From the NCBI GenBank assembly GCA_022424925.1, contig JAKMGM010000113.1:1-39942 (forward strand): a DNA stretch of 39,942 bases. Reading direction: 5' to 3'. The notes below the pieces were generated by a model, which was given only the letters and a program-made list of their open reading frames with translations, did not search any database and had not been told where the DNA came from. The stretch's first letter is position 1, and every line of letters starts with the position of its first letter. Below are positions 17,691 to 27,882 of the stretch, piece by piece. The translations under genes were made by a program, and so were the position numbers. The DNA is from Candidatus Poseidoniaceae archaeon. Its GTDB lineage: Archaea; Thermoplasmatota; Poseidoniia; Poseidoniales; Poseidoniaceae.

Positions 17691-18950
17691 ATGGCGAGCG
17701 TCTTGACTCTCGACGATATCAACGTCGAAAACAAAACAGTTCTGGTTCGCGTCGACATCAACTGCCCGCTTTTGCCGGACACCAAAGCTTTCCTTGATAC
17801 GACGAGAATTAAAGCGATTGTTCCAACGTTGAATAAACTCAAGGACTCAAGGGTTGTTCTTCTGGCTCATCAATCACGACCCGGAAAAAATGATTTCACA
17901 TCAACGCTCGGTCACTCACGTGAACTAGGGCGGATTCTTGGAAGACCCATCAAATGGGTAGACGACGTGGCCGGACAGAAAGCAATGCTTGCCATTGAAT
18001 CGCTCAATGTTGGTGAAATTCTCATGTTGAACAACGTGCGAATGTATGCTGACGAGGTCAACACCAAAGGCGGGTTTGACGTTATGGCAGACACGGCTAT
18101 GGTCCAAAACTTGGCCAGCGTCGCCGATGTGTTCGTCTATGATGCATTTGCATGTGCACACCGTAGCACGCCGTCAGGTGTTGGTTTCACGCACTTGATT
18201 CCGTGTGTTGCTGGAGAACTTATGAGGAATGAACTCAGCAAACTCGACAGGGCTTTAGATCACCCTGCTCGCCCTTGTATTGCCGTTCTTGGAGGCATCA
18301 AAGTCGATGATTCAATCCTCGTTGCTGACAATATGCTGCGCAACAACATTTGTGATCAATTCTGGCCTACTGGGGGAGTCGCTAATCTTCTGCTCGAACT
18401 TTCCGGTTTTGAAATCGGTGCAGTGAACCATGATTTCTTGGTGAATGAATTGGGCAAAAATTGGCACCAAACGGTAGAAACTGCCAAATCGCTGTTGCAA
18501 GACTTCGCCGAACACATCCATCTTCCTGTTGACATTGCAGCAAACATCGAAGACAACCGTGTCGACCTCGCCATAGACCAGCTTCCCATCGAAGCACCAA
18601 TTTTTGACATGGGCATCGAATCGATTCTTCGTTTATCAGCCGCAATCAAATCCGCTGGAACGATACATTTGAACGGTCCAGCAGGCGTTTTTGAAATCGA
18701 AGACTTTGCTTTTGGAACCGTCGAGATGTTGAATGCTTGTGCAGAATCCAAGGGGTATGTGGTCGTTGGTGGTGGACACACCTCCACCCTCATAGTCAAG
18801 CATGGACTTCGTGATAAAATGGGGCATATGTCGACCGGTGGCGGCGCATGTCTCGATTACATTGCAGGGAAGAATTTGCCAGCGGTGGCCAGTCTTGAAG
18901 CGAGTGCCAAAGCCTTCACATTGAACATAGAACGCTCATTGGACCAATGA
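17691..18950 (+). CDS. pgk: Phosphoglycerate kinase (archaeal type)
   Basis: VRVDINCP, AHQSRPG, DAFACAHRS, LGGIK, GGGH and STGGGA. SD GGAG before ATG 17691. Confidence 0.96.
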   Translation: MASVLTLDDINVENKTVLVRVDINCPLLPDTKAFLDTTRIKAIVPTLNKLKDSRVVLLAHQSRPGKNDFTSTLGHSRELGRILGRPIKWVDDVAGQKAMLAIESLNVGEILMLNNVRMYADEVNTKGGFDVMADTAMVQNLASVADVFVYDAFACAHRSTPSGVGFTHLIPCVAGELMRNELSKLDRALDHPARPCIAVLGGIKVDDSILVADNMLRNNICDQFWPTGGVANLLLELSGFEIGAVNHDFLVNELGKNWHQTVETAKSLLQDFAEHIHLPVDIAANIEDNRVDLAIDQLPIEAPIFDMGIESILRLSAAIKSAGTIHLNGPAGVFEIEDFAFGTVEMLNACAESKGYVVVGGGHTSTLIVKHGLRDKMGHMSTGGGACLDYIAGKNLPAVASLEASAKAFTLNIERSLDQ

Positions 18951-18952
18951 GG

Positions 18953-19025
18953 AGCCACTGGGGAGGTTCGAACTCCCGACCTCCTGATTACGAATCAGGT
19001 GCTATACCAGCTAAGCCACAGTGGC
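18953..19025 (-). tRNA. tRNA-Thr(CGT)
   Basis: GCCACTG/CAGTGGC acceptor, anticodon arm CCTGA-TTCGTAA-TCAGG and GTTCGAA T-loop. No intron. CCA is not fully encoded. Confidence 0.96.
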
Positions 19026-19103
19026 GCAAACCATCGGCAGCGTCAATGAGAGATAAGGCAAACGGTTGAAAGCGTTCATGAGGGGTGAGGATGACCGAAG
19101 GTC

Positions 19104-20363
19104 ATGGCCGAGGACATGAGCGTTCGCTACCGCAACGCAATATTGTACGATGATAAAGGTCACAAACATACAGGTGATGTGCTCCTTCACCAAGACGGTA
19201 GTTGGTCGCAATCGGTTGGCGATGAGGATGTTCAAAACGACCTTGACGGCTCAAACAGACTCATCACCCGCAGCCTTCAAAATTGGCACACACATCTGGC
19301 CATGCAGTTGAATGCTCGTGATTTTAGCGACGGATACCCGCTTCATCGATGGCTGAATGAGGCTATTTTCCCCACCGAAGCAAAACTCAATCCGGAATAT
19401 GTTCGAGTTGGTGCACAGGCTGCTGCTGCTGAAATGATACGAACGGGTAGTTCATTTGCTGCGGACATGTATTTTTATCCGGCCGTTACAGGTAATGTGC
19501 TCCAACAAGCAGGTCTTCGCGGACTGATTGGCGGCCCTGTTAGCGATGCAGCGCTTCCGTCCCACCCAGATGCAGCTTCTGCTTTGGATGAACTGGATAG
19601 CATTTTGAAATCGCAGCGACCAGAAGACCGCATTCAATACGCCATTGCGACACATTCCGTCTACCTCTGCTCTGAAGAAACGCTGCTCAAGGCATCAGAA
19701 CTGGCAGAGAAACGAGATGCTCGGCTTCACATTCATGTTAGTGAGACGAGGAAAGAGATTGCTGATTGCCATGACAAAACCGGCCTTTATCCAATAGAAT
19801 ACCTCAACAGTTTGGATTTCTTCAAACCCGGGACAGTGTGTGCACACGCATCTTGGGTAAAGAAGAACGAAATCCGGATGCTCGCTGAACACCAAGTTAC
19901 GGCCGTTCATTGCCCTTCATCGAATATGAAAATCGCCTGCGGTGGCACGCTTTCCTATCCAGCATACAAACAAGCTGGAGTTGATGTGCGTATCGGAACA
20001 GACGGGGCGGCCTCTTCAGGTAGTGGTCTTGACATGCTCGCTGAAGCGCGTTTAGCGGCTCTTGTGCAGCGACATGACCATTGGGATGCTACACTTCTAC
20101 CAGCGAGTGAAGTCTTTTCCATGGCTACAAAGGGAAGTTCAGATTGGGCAGTGTGGGATCTCAACGACATTCGGATGCGACCGGTTGGGAGAAGTGGAAA
20201 CCGTCACCTCGCAAACCTCGTCTTCAATGGAGCTGAATGTCTCGATTTGTGGGTAGATGGAAACCCACTTCGGCTCGATGGACACACAATGACCATCGAT
20301 GAAAACCGAGCGTGGAATGAATTGGATACTGCGGTACAATCGTATTACGATGGCGTTGAATAA
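19104..20363 (+). CDS. Amidohydrolase, MTA/SAH deaminase-like
   Basis: NWHTH, EMIRTG..FAADMY, HIHVSET, AH, HCPSSNMK and GTDG metal-site motifs. Confidence 0.88.
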   Translation: MAEDMSVRYRNAILYDDKGHKHTGDVLLHQDGSWSQSVGDEDVQNDLDGSNRLITRSLQNWHTHLAMQLNARDFSDGYPLHRWLNEAIFPTEAKLNPEYVRVGAQAAAAEMIRTGSSFAADMYFYPAVTGNVLQQAGLRGLIGGPVSDAALPSHPDAASALDELDSILKSQRPEDRIQYAIATHSVYLCSEETLLKASELAEKRDARLHIHVSETRKEIADCHDKTGLYPIEYLNSLDFFKPGTVCAHASWVKKNEIRMLAEHQVTAVHCPSSNMKIACGGTLSYPAYKQAGVDVRIGTDGAASSGSGLDMLAEARLAALVQRHDHWDATLLPASEVFSMATKGSSDWAVWDLNDIRMRPVGRSGNRHLANLVFNGAECLDLWVDGNPLRLDGHTMTIDENRAWNELDTAVQSYYDGVE

Positions 20364-20912
20364 TTATTTCATTCGGGCGAGAGCCAAGCCACCGACTCCT
20401 ATGAGGAAACTGAACAGATATGTTGCAGCCCCAGCCGATAAACCGACCTGATAGCGAAGGGAAAGTTCGGTTCCTGCAGGCAGTGTCCCTGACTTGGTGC
20501 CGATTCCTGCATAATATTCTCCAGAGGTAACCCGCCAATCCATGCCTTCGGTTCCATCGACGGCGGTTGCCTCGTATCCATCATCACCGTATTGACACGT
20601 TTGACTTTCCGAAGTCGCTTCTAAGAATGCCCCACCGTTTGCCCGAATACCATCGCACTGCTGTTTCTTATCCGCTTCGGCAATAACCATGAAAATATCA
20701 TCACGGTCCCACTGTATTTCCGTATCTGCAATGATGAACAACGGAGCGGGATTTCCCGGTAACGCCTCTTCTGAAAAGAAGACGTACCCTTCGACATTCG
20801 GCGTCGGCACGTCGTTGATTTCCCCTTCAATGGTGTAACCAACGGTACCGCCTGCAATAAGCAGTACAGCCAACCCCGCCAAACAGAATCCAATGATTTT
20901 TCTTTTACCCAT
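20364..20912 (-). CDS. Hypothetical membrane protein (N- and C-terminal TM, acidic ectodomain)
   Basis: Two hydrophobic ends and an SD GAGGT. Directly follows cax. Confidence 0.7.
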   Translation of the reverse strand: MGKRKIIGFCLAGLAVLLIAGGTVGYTIEGEINDVPTPNVEGYVFFSEEALPGNPAPLFIIADTEIQWDRDDIFMVIAEADKKQQCDGIRANGGAFLEATSESQTCQYGDDGYEATAVDGTEGMDWRVTSGEYYAGIGTKSGTLPAGTELSLRYQVGLSAGAATYLFSFLIGVGGLALARMK

Positions 20913-20921
20913 TCAAAGACC

Positions 20922-22082
20922 TCACATTTGGAAGAACGCCAATGCGAGAATAATGTAACACGCCAAAAGCATTGCACCTTCAAGCCAATTTGACTTACCG
21001 TCCGTCATAATCGAATTGGCAACAAGTACCGAAATGAAGGTTGCAGCGGTCTCAAGTAACCCGAACTCGAGCGTCAAGCCCACACCGAGGAACCAAGCGA
21101 ACAGAACCATCACAGGCGCCACAAACAGTGCAATCTGTACGCTGCTTCCAATAGCAATGGCGATTGAAAGGTCCATTTTGTCCTTTCCAGCGACCAAGAC
21201 TGCCGTGAAATGTTCCGCAGCATTTCCGAAGAATGGTAAAAGAATCACGCCAATGAACAGTTCGGGCATGTGCCATTTCTCAACAGCAACCTCCAAACTG
21301 TGGACTAAAATGTGCGCCATCCAGCCTACGAGAATGGTCGAGAGGATGAGCAAAATCCATGCGTCTCGGATTGTCATCTGTGGGTCTTCGTGCGAGCCGT
21401 GACCAGTCTCAGTTTCGAACACATCGACATGTGTCTTGAGTTGAAACAGCAGCGATAAGCCATAGATGATGAGCAATACCACTGCAGTGTAATGCGACAG
21501 TTGAGCAACATCACCGACAGTTCCGCCTGAATGGTGTACTGCGCTTGGAATGATGAGGGCGACTATGGCCAGCAAAAGAAGCGAACCGTTCATTCGACCG
21601 GCATCAGGACTAAACAACTGAATTTTATGATTCACGCCACCCCAGACCATAGCCAGTCCAAGAACCAACAGTAGGTTGCCCAAAATGGAACCAATCAAGG
21701 ATGCCTGTGTTACGGTAATCATTGTTTCAGCCAGTTCTTCATTTTGCGAAGCAGTGTAGAGTGCAAGGCCTGCGATAATCATTTCAACGGCATTACCGAA
21801 CGTAGCGTTCAGTAAACCACCAACTGCTTCTCCGGTTCGGAGTGCTATTTCTTCAGTCGCCTTCCCCATGAGAAAGGCCAAAGGCATTATCGCAACCATC
21901 GAGAACATGAACGCAAGGCCGCCTTGATGGGTAAAGTTCGCATACAAAGCCACGGGTACGGCAAAAAGCAGAACATTGAGTTTGTTTTTCCGCGGGTCGA
22001 ACGACGAAAGCCAGGAGTGCATTTCCTCATCGACTTGAGCCGTCAAGTTCGCCTCTTTTCCCGCAGTCTTCGATTCAGTCAT
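20922..22082 (-). CDS. cax: Calcium/proton exchanger (CaCA family)
   Basis: Alpha repeats GGLLNATFGNAVE and GNAAEH, plus IAIGSSVQIALF and DGKSNWLEG. Confidence 0.93.
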   Translation of the reverse strand: MTESKTAGKEANLTAQVDEEMHSWLSSFDPRKNKLNVLLFAVPVALYANFTHQGGLAFMFSMVAIMPLAFLMGKATEEIALRTGEAVGGLLNATFGNAVEMIIAGLALYTASQNEELAETMITVTQASLIGSILGNLLLVLGLAMVWGGVNHKIQLFSPDAGRMNGSLLLLAIVALIIPSAVHHSGGTVGDVAQLSHYTAVVLLIIYGLSLLFQLKTHVDVFETETGHGSHEDPQMTIRDAWILLILSTILVGWMAHILVHSLEVAVEKWHMPELFIGVILLPFFGNAAEHFTAVLVAGKDKMDLSIAIAIGSSVQIALFVAPVMVLFAWFLGVGLTLEFGLLETAATFISVLVANSIMTDGKSNWLEGAMLLACYIILALAFFQM

Positions 22083-22128
22083 GTCAATCCCGTACTCTGT
22101 CTGTCGTCGACTTCACCGCTGTATCAAC

Positions 22129-25100
22129 TCAGTCATCGTTCTTTTTCCGGCTCACCGTACGACGCTTCGGCGCTTTACGGGGGGCTGCTCGGCGACCTAC
22201 AGCTCGCTTCTTCTTGACAGGTTTCTCTTCTTCGACTTCTTCTTCCTCGTCATCATCGTAAGCGCCCCAGTCAATACCGTCATCGTCTTCTTCATCGTCT
22301 TCGGGGATTTCAGGAACATCCTTCTTTCGGCGGGTTTTACGGGCAATGACGTTCACGGCGAACGGATCTTCATCTTCGACGGGTTCTGCCTCTTTTTCCG
22401 GCTCTGCGGCTTTTTCTTCGGTCTTTTCGCTGGTATCAGTGACTGCACCCATATCCAAATCTTGAGATGTGCCTATGAATTCAGACATCCAATCCTCGTC
22501 TTCTTCTTCCTCATCGCCGGCCTTCTTTTTCTTTGGACCGCTCATACTGGTGCTGATTACAAGCAGCATGATGATAAGCGAGAACACGAATATGCCTGAA
22601 AGAACCCATACCAGGATATACGGTGGGTCGGTAAAAGATGGTTCAACAATAATGGCTTCTGGCGGGTCTTTTAGAGATTCAACATAGTTACATGAGGTCG
22701 TACCGTCGAGTCGGTTTCGACATTCATCAACAACAAAGATAACACTGGCCGAGCGTTCATTCCCCGCAGAATCAACGGAACGCACAAACACTGCGTGTTG
22801 ACCGGGGAGGAAATTACCCGCAGAAAATTCGAGGTCAAGAACCAGTGAACTGTTATCTCCAAGCAGGTTGGTAACTTCGGTCGCCTCAGTCCAAGGCGTG
22901 GATATCGACTGGCCAGTCCCGTAGTTGTACGTGAACTTGTATTGGAACGAATCGATTCGTACATCGTCTTCAGCTCCCGCAAGCAATTGGATTTTGTTGC
23001 CGTAAAGGTACTTCGATTCACCATCTGAAAACGATGAGGGTGAATAGATGACAACAGTTGGTGGAACAGCATCAACTGCTCTGTCTGTCCATTGTTGAGA
23101 GGCCTTGTTGTTCGCTTTGTCCTCCATTTGAACTTCAAAGACCATGTCTCCTGCAATCGTTGCGGCGGTTACGAAGAAATCCAACTCATACACGGGCCCT
23201 CTGTCGGGATTACCAGCGTTTTCTTGGATGAGCGCCATCTCTCGCTCGCCACCGGATAAGTCACCGCCACCGACGGTCGTGATGTTGATCATTGGATTAA
23301 CGTCGAGGTATTCGTCAAATTCAATTTGAACCTTGTAGTCGCCAGCAATGAGGGAAGGACTGGTAAATGCTTCATTGTCTTCATTGATGAGAACCATTGA
23401 TGCCACTGGGGCTTTGGTATCTTCTGTCACTTTAATGGCATTTGAATTGAGGCCCGAATAGGTTTCAGGATCGGTATTGCCCCATTTGTCGGTTACCATC
23501 ACTGCATACCAGACGTCTCTGTCCACATCTTTCGGAATATCCAGTTGGCGGAAAAAGGTGTTTTCCTCGGATGTACCGGCTTGAATGTTGTCCAAAACAA
23601 GTTCCCAACCGTCTTCCGTTACCGAACTGATATCGCCTTCGTCTTCGCCGAAGGGCTCACCGTAATGGCGCCAAACTTGGTACATTTCATCGCTTTCGTC
23701 GCTGTTAAACCATTCAAGAGTAACCTTTTCGAGGTACCCAATGGATAGGACCTCCTTCATATTAACTCGGAGCGGTGCAGTGGTATCTTCTTCATTGCCT
23801 TCAGCAATTTGGAAGTAGTTTTGATTCAATCTCTTGTCCATGTATGTTCCAGAGAGGTGACCGTAGAGTGCTTCAGTGGTTACGAAATAGTAGGGGCGTG
23901 AAGCCAGTAGTCCGTCTGTAAGTTCGACATCAAAGAAGCCGACACCATCGCTGACTGAACCAAGCCATTGCAGCGAACCGTTGAATGTCGCCCATTCACC
24001 ACCGGTTACTTTCCAGCCAGCCTTGTAGACGTGGTATTGCTCTCCTTCCACACCCAATTGGTCGTTCCACGAAACCCTCGTTGTTTTGTTTCCGATAAAT
24101 TCGGCGTATACGTTGGTTGGTTCTGCAATCCACGGGCTAAACGCATCTTCGAGAACTGCATCCGAGCATGAATTGAAGGAGACATTGGTATCCATCACAC
24201 CGTACAAATCCACGGTTGCCACACAATAGTAGGCCATGCCCAGTCGTCCGGTAGGCACCTCGTATTCGAACGATTCAACACCTTCGGAAATCGTCCCTAA
24301 CAACTGAACATCGGAACGAAGAACGCTTGAAAATGCAGTGCCTGACATGTAGATTCGGTAGGATTCACCTACTTCGCCGTTCACATCAGTCCAAACTACG
24401 GTTGTTGTGCCGCCACCATCGGTTGGGTCTGCCGTGAATTGTGCATACATCGAACTCACCTGTTCAGGTGGCATGTTGTCTTCCATCACGGGAGAAGTCA
24501 TGGCGTTGTTTGACAGGAACCGAACATCTTGATAATCGACGCCAATCTCATTCCAGTTGGGTAGGTTGTAGGTCACAGAATAGTACGCATCTCGGTCGGT
24601 GTTTTGGGGCACATCAATGACAATCGAGGAAGTTCCGGCAGGTAACGTTGCAACAGGTGCTTCGGATAGCAGCATGTTGGGCCCGTTCGAACGGGTCACC
24701 GGGTACGATGTTCGGTACAGAAGAACCTCATAGGCATCGTCACCGGTTTCAGGTAAAATTGGGAAGATGTCGTTGTAGTTGATCCACTGGATTGTCGATT
24801 GGCTGGTGTCTGGGTTGAACGAGCCAAAGATGTTGTACGGAGTACGAATCGCTGTTGTCTGTTCGAGAATCGGCGTCGAAATCACTGAAGCGTTTTCATC
24901 CAAATCAAGCAAAGGGGTTCCATCGCCAAGCGTTGTTGTAACAGCGTAGTAGAACGATTCATTCACGCCTGGAGGGACCAAGAATGACGCTGAGTGTTGT
25001 GCAACAGTGCCGTTGATGCCTCGACATCTGAACGCAACGTTCTGAACTTCCTCTGACGAACACGCAATGATTCCCGTCTCGAATGGCGATAGGTCGCCGA

Positions 25101-25380
25101 TTGATGTAGCGTTGATGGGCTCACTTGAACGGTATACGTCGTACGTTGCGCTAAAGAGGCCTTGTAATACCGACCCGTCAATATCGATATTCCGCCAAGT
25201 GATGGTTGTTGTCTCGGTTGCTGGGTCGAAGACTGCGTTGATGTCTTGGGCTTGCAAATTGTTTGGATTACCGATATCTTCCGCCGAAACGTTGGCGAGA
25301 GGAAGTAGAGCCAAAAGCATGCACAACACAAGGAAAATTGCTTTTCTCTTGCCTTCTTTACCGAGCAGTTCGACCGTCAT
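22129..25380 (-). CDS. Large secreted, C-terminally anchored surface protein with FN3/Ig-like repeats
   Basis: Signal peptide, about 5 W..Y.(V/I)Y..YY.V.T repeats, DTKAP/DAVPP Ig-like starts, one TM helix, then an acidic and basic tail. Confidence 0.85.
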   Translation of the reverse strand: MTVELLGKEGKRKAIFLVLCMLLALLPLANVSAEDIGNPNNLQAQDINAVFDPATETTTITWRNIDIDGSVLQGLFSATYDVYRSSEPINATSIGDLSPFETGIIACSSEEVQNVAFRCRGINGTVAQHSASFLVPPGVNESFYYAVTTTLGDGTPLLDLDENASVISTPILEQTTAIRTPYNIFGSFNPDTSQSTIQWINYNDIFPILPETGDDAYEVLLYRTSYPVTRSNGPNMLLSEAPVATLPAGTSSIVIDVPQNTDRDAYYSVTYNLPNWNEIGVDYQDVRFLSNNAMTSPVMEDNMPPEQVSSMYAQFTADPTDGGGTTTVVWTDVNGEVGESYRIYMSGTAFSSVLRSDVQLLGTISEGVESFEYEVPTGRLGMAYYCVATVDLYGVMDTNVSFNSCSDAVLEDAFSPWIAEPTNVYAEFIGNKTTRVSWNDQLGVEGEQYHVYKAGWKVTGGEWATFNGSLQWLGSVSDGVGFFDVELTDGLLASRPYYFVTTEALYGHLSGTYMDKRLNQNYFQIAEGNEEDTTAPLRVNMKEVLSIGYLEKVTLEWFNSDESDEMYQVWRHYGEPFGEDEGDISSVTEDGWELVLDNIQAGTSEENTFFRQLDIPKDVDRDVWYAVMVTDKWGNTDPETYSGLNSNAIKVTEDTKAPVASMVLINEDNEAFTSPSLIAGDYKVQIEFDEYLDVNPMINITTVGGGDLSGGEREMALIQENAGNPDRGPVYELDFFVTAATIAGDMVFEVQMEDKANNKASQQWTDRAVDAVPPTVVIYSPSSFSDGESKYLYGNKIQLLAGAEDDVRIDSFQYKFTYNYGTGQSISTPWTEATEVTNLLGDNSSLVLDLEFSAGNFLPGQHAVFVRSVDSAGNERSASVIFVVDECRNRLDGTTSCNYVESLKDPPEAIIVEPSFTDPPYILVWVLSGIFVFSLIIMLLVISTSMSGPKKKKAGDEEEEDEDWMSEFIGTSQDLDMGAVTDTSEKTEEKAAEPEKEAEPVEDEDPFAVNVIARKTRRKKDVPEIPEDDEEDDDGIDWGAYDDDEEEEVEEEKPVKKKRAVGRRAAPRKAPKRRTVSRKKNDD

Positions 25381-25389
25381 CAATTCGCT

Positions 25390-25421
25390 TGTCGCATGCG
25401 ACGGTTAAGAGCATGTCGCAT
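25390..25421. promoter_or_regulatory. Palindromic operator candidate flanking the surface-protein promoter
   Basis: Perfect palindrome GTCGCATGCGAC (25391-25402) and a second TGTCGCAT (25414-25421), either side of a TCTTAA box. Confidence 0.45.
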
Positions 25422-25477
25422 ATCTAAGCGATAAAATCGGCTTTCAGCACACCCCTACGGGGTGACGAAATCAGGAA

Positions 25478-26245
25478 TCATTCCTGTTCCGAACGCTGAT
25501 TTGGTTGGGGCAGTGGATTCTCTTCATCAATGCGGTTTATTTCGGCATGTGCCTGCTGGAAACGCACGAGGAATGTCCACAGACCTCCGAATGCAGAGAT
25601 AAGCACAACAATGCTGAGCGGGTTGATTGGAACATGGTCCAGCACGCCAGGCAACATTCCGAAATCACCAATATCTGCATGGATGAACACGCCCATCAAG
25701 AAAATGCCCAAAATCGTCAGCACCGTCCTGTCGGCTCTCGAAAAACCACGATAATTTCTCGAACCGGCTACGGCTTGAGCTTGTGTCCCCATGTACGAGC
25801 CGAGCAACGTCAGCCATGCGGCCACAAATCCAAGCGTGATGTCACCAACGAATACTGAACCAGCAATGCACAGCACCCAAACCGCGTCAAGGATACGGTC
25901 GAAGGTGTGGTCAAGGTAATCGCCCCAACGACTCACATTGCCGAATTTTCGGGCGAGTGGGCCGTCTAAGCCATCCATCGCCATGGCCAGAATCATCAAC
26001 AAGCCACTACCGAACAGCATGTTTGCACCATACGATGTTTCTTCAGCTGTGAGTACAGCCAATCCGGCAAGCACACCAACAGGCAGAGCAACCCAAGTAA
26101 TCGTCGACGGTTTGACGTTTTCAAGAGCGTCCAAAAGTGGATTCAACACTCCTTCCCAAGCGTCGCGTAGTTTCTCTAGAGCCATGGTAACCGTCTCGCC
26201 GGCTGCAACGGGGGGTGTTTGTTGTTGCGGTAGATCTTCGGCCAA
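25478..26245 (-). CDS. CDP-alcohol phosphatidyltransferase (archaeal phospholipid headgroup synthase)
   Basis: DGLDGPLARK..SRWGDYLDHTFDR signature and RADR. Start is TTG 26245 or ATG 26185. Confidence 0.92.
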   Translation of the reverse strand: MAEDLPQQQTPPVAAGETVTMALEKLRDAWEGVLNPLLDALENVKPSTITWVALPVGVLAGLAVLTAEETSYGANMLFGSGLLMILAMAMDGLDGPLARKFGNVSRWGDYLDHTFDRILDAVWVLCIAGSVFVGDITLGFVAAWLTLLGSYMGTQAQAVAGSRNYRGFSRADRTVLTILGIFLMGVFIHADIGDFGMLPGVLDHVPINPLSIVVLISAFGGLWTFLVRFQQAHAEINRIDEENPLPQPNQRSEQE

Positions 26246-26254
26246 TGTGGCCTC

Positions 26255-26788
26255 TTACAACCAACTGACGGCTTTCGAACTTGCTTCTTGAAGAGGAAGT
26301 GAAGGCATGCCTTGTTCAATCCATTCAACAATTTTGGCTTGAATCTCATCATCGGATGATGCGGAGGTGTCGATTTCAAGGATGGGCGTTTCAATTTCAA
26401 ATTCAAGCAGTTCAGACCACGTGCCAGAGAGCATTTCCCATTCAACATTGGCGTTTATTTTTGACTGCGAATAGCCCCGTTGGAGAAGTCGCTGACGAAG
26501 CTGCTCAGGTTCGCAGCGCAGCAGAACGATGGCGTCGACCCCAAGGAAATGAGCGAGGTGCCCATCCAACAAGCATGATTTGGCGCCATCGAATTCCCAT
26601 TGTTCCGCCAGTTTGTGAATGTCGACGGGTGCCGATTGGTCTTCACCATCGACTTCCCCTAAGCAATTGTGTTGTTCTGCTAATGCTTGGATAGAAATCA
26701 CTTGGAACGCATCACTCAGCGATTGACATAGCGTTGTTTTACCGGAGCCAGGTGTCCCGGTTACGGCGATACAAAGGGGTTCTTCCAC
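26255..26788 (-). CDS. Adenylate kinase 6 / Fap7-like NMP kinase
   Basis: ITGTPGSGKTT-type P-loop (VTGTPGSGKTT), LLDGHLAH and RLLQRGYSQSKINANVEWE. GTG 26788 has TTTATG 29 nt upstream. Confidence 0.9.
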   Translation of the reverse strand: MEEPLCIAVTGTPGSGKTTLCQSLSDAFQVISIQALAEQHNCLGEVDGEDQSAPVDIHKLAEQWEFDGAKSCLLDGHLAHFLGVDAIVLLRCEPEQLRQRLLQRGYSQSKINANVEWEMLSGTWSELLEFEIETPILEIDTSASSDDEIQAKIVEWIEQGMPSLPLQEASSKAVSWL

Positions 26789-26920
26789 AATGAACGCTAT
26801 GGTGTTCAACACATAAACAGAAAGGAAGAACGGCAAGGAAAGCGCAGTTTTCTATTGATGCGCGTAGATACTTGGAGGCAAAGGCATCATAGGGCAACAC
26901 CCATAGCGACCGCTGTTACC

Positions 26921-27670
26921 ATGTTCGGAATGAATGACCCGTCACAAACACTGCTCCAGTTGGAGCGGTACATGGCAGAAGGTCGTATGGAAATGTCTGA
27001 AGTGATGGCTATCCAGTTCACCGATATGTTTCTCGCCCAGAAAAAGCGTGATTCAAATGCACAAAGTATGCTGGTCAAGGGCTTACGAATTTTATGTGAT
27101 GTTTTTCTTGCAAGGGGAAAAGCGAAGCGCGGAATTTCGACGGTGAAGATCCTTCATCGGGAGAGGAAAAAACTCGTTCAAATATTAACCAAGGGGGCGC
27201 CTCATCTCCTTTCAAAGATGACCCCAGCATCTGAGGATTACCGCCGAGCAGGGAATATTTTCGCCTTAGCTGGTAAACAATCATCGGCGATCAAAGCCTT
27301 CCGCCAATGTGAGAAACTATCGCCGAACCATCTGGCATCGGCTTTGGAGGCGTGTCAGTTGTTTCCGGATAACAAAAAACTCATTCACCTCTTTGTCAAG
27401 AATGCGACGCAAGCAGGGCCGGTCGTCATGTACGAGGGTGTGTTTTATCTGCAGCCTGAAACATCGCCGATGGTGAAAATTGACAATGTCATTCGCGTTC
27501 TTCAGTCCGCTCTTGAGCAAAGCCTTGGACCGTTGGATGCCTGCTCAGCACAACTCAAGCGGATTACCGATGAGCGTCAAGCCATTGAACGCGGCGAGGC
27601 TGCGGCGAATGCCCGTTTGCAAGCGGCGATGGATCTTCTCAAGCCACAGCACGACTATTACGAGTACTGA
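26921..27670 (+). CDS. Hypothetical helical protein with a TPR-like motif
   Basis: DYRRAGNIFALAGKQSSAIKAFRQCEKLSPNH is TPR-like. Start is uncertain (26921 or 26930). Confidence 0.7.
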   Translation: MFGMNDPSQTLLQLERYMAEGRMEMSEVMAIQFTDMFLAQKKRDSNAQSMLVKGLRILCDVFLARGKAKRGISTVKILHRERKKLVQILTKGAPHLLSKMTPASEDYRRAGNIFALAGKQSSAIKAFRQCEKLSPNHLASALEACQLFPDNKKLIHLFVKNATQAGPVVMYEGVFYLQPETSPMVKIDNVIRVLQSALEQSLGPLDACSAQLKRITDERQAIERGEAAANARLQAAMDLLKPQHDYYEY

Positions 27671-27671
27671 A

Positions 27672-27749
27672 TGGTAACGAGAGATGGATTTGAACCATCG
27701 ATCTCCGGGTTATGAGCCCGACGGGATATCCAGACTACCCCACCTCGTT
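27672..27749 (-). tRNA. Initiator tRNA-Met(CAT)
   Basis: A1-U72 pair (AACGAGG/TCTCGTT), three G-C pairs in the anticodon stem (GGG-CTCATAA-CCC) and encoded CCA. Confidence 0.95.
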
Positions 27750-27882
27750 ATGCTTCGGGCTGAAACCCTCCCGTTCTTCAATGCACCGATTCAACACCGT
27801 TGACTCCTTTCCGAAAAGAGCCCGTATGCTGTAGGCCAAGATAGGCACTGCATTGATGAAGTTGAACTGCATGTGCGAATAC

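Noticed and set aside
22081-22599. 172-aa Phe-rich plus-strand ORF
   Set aside because: Antisense shadow of the Glu/Lys/Asp-rich tail of the surface protein (GAA/AAG read as TTC/CTT).
18953-27749. Integrated element bounded by the two tRNAs
   Set aside because: No integrase, no duplicated tRNA 3' end seen, no obvious compositional shift, and the content is housekeeping.
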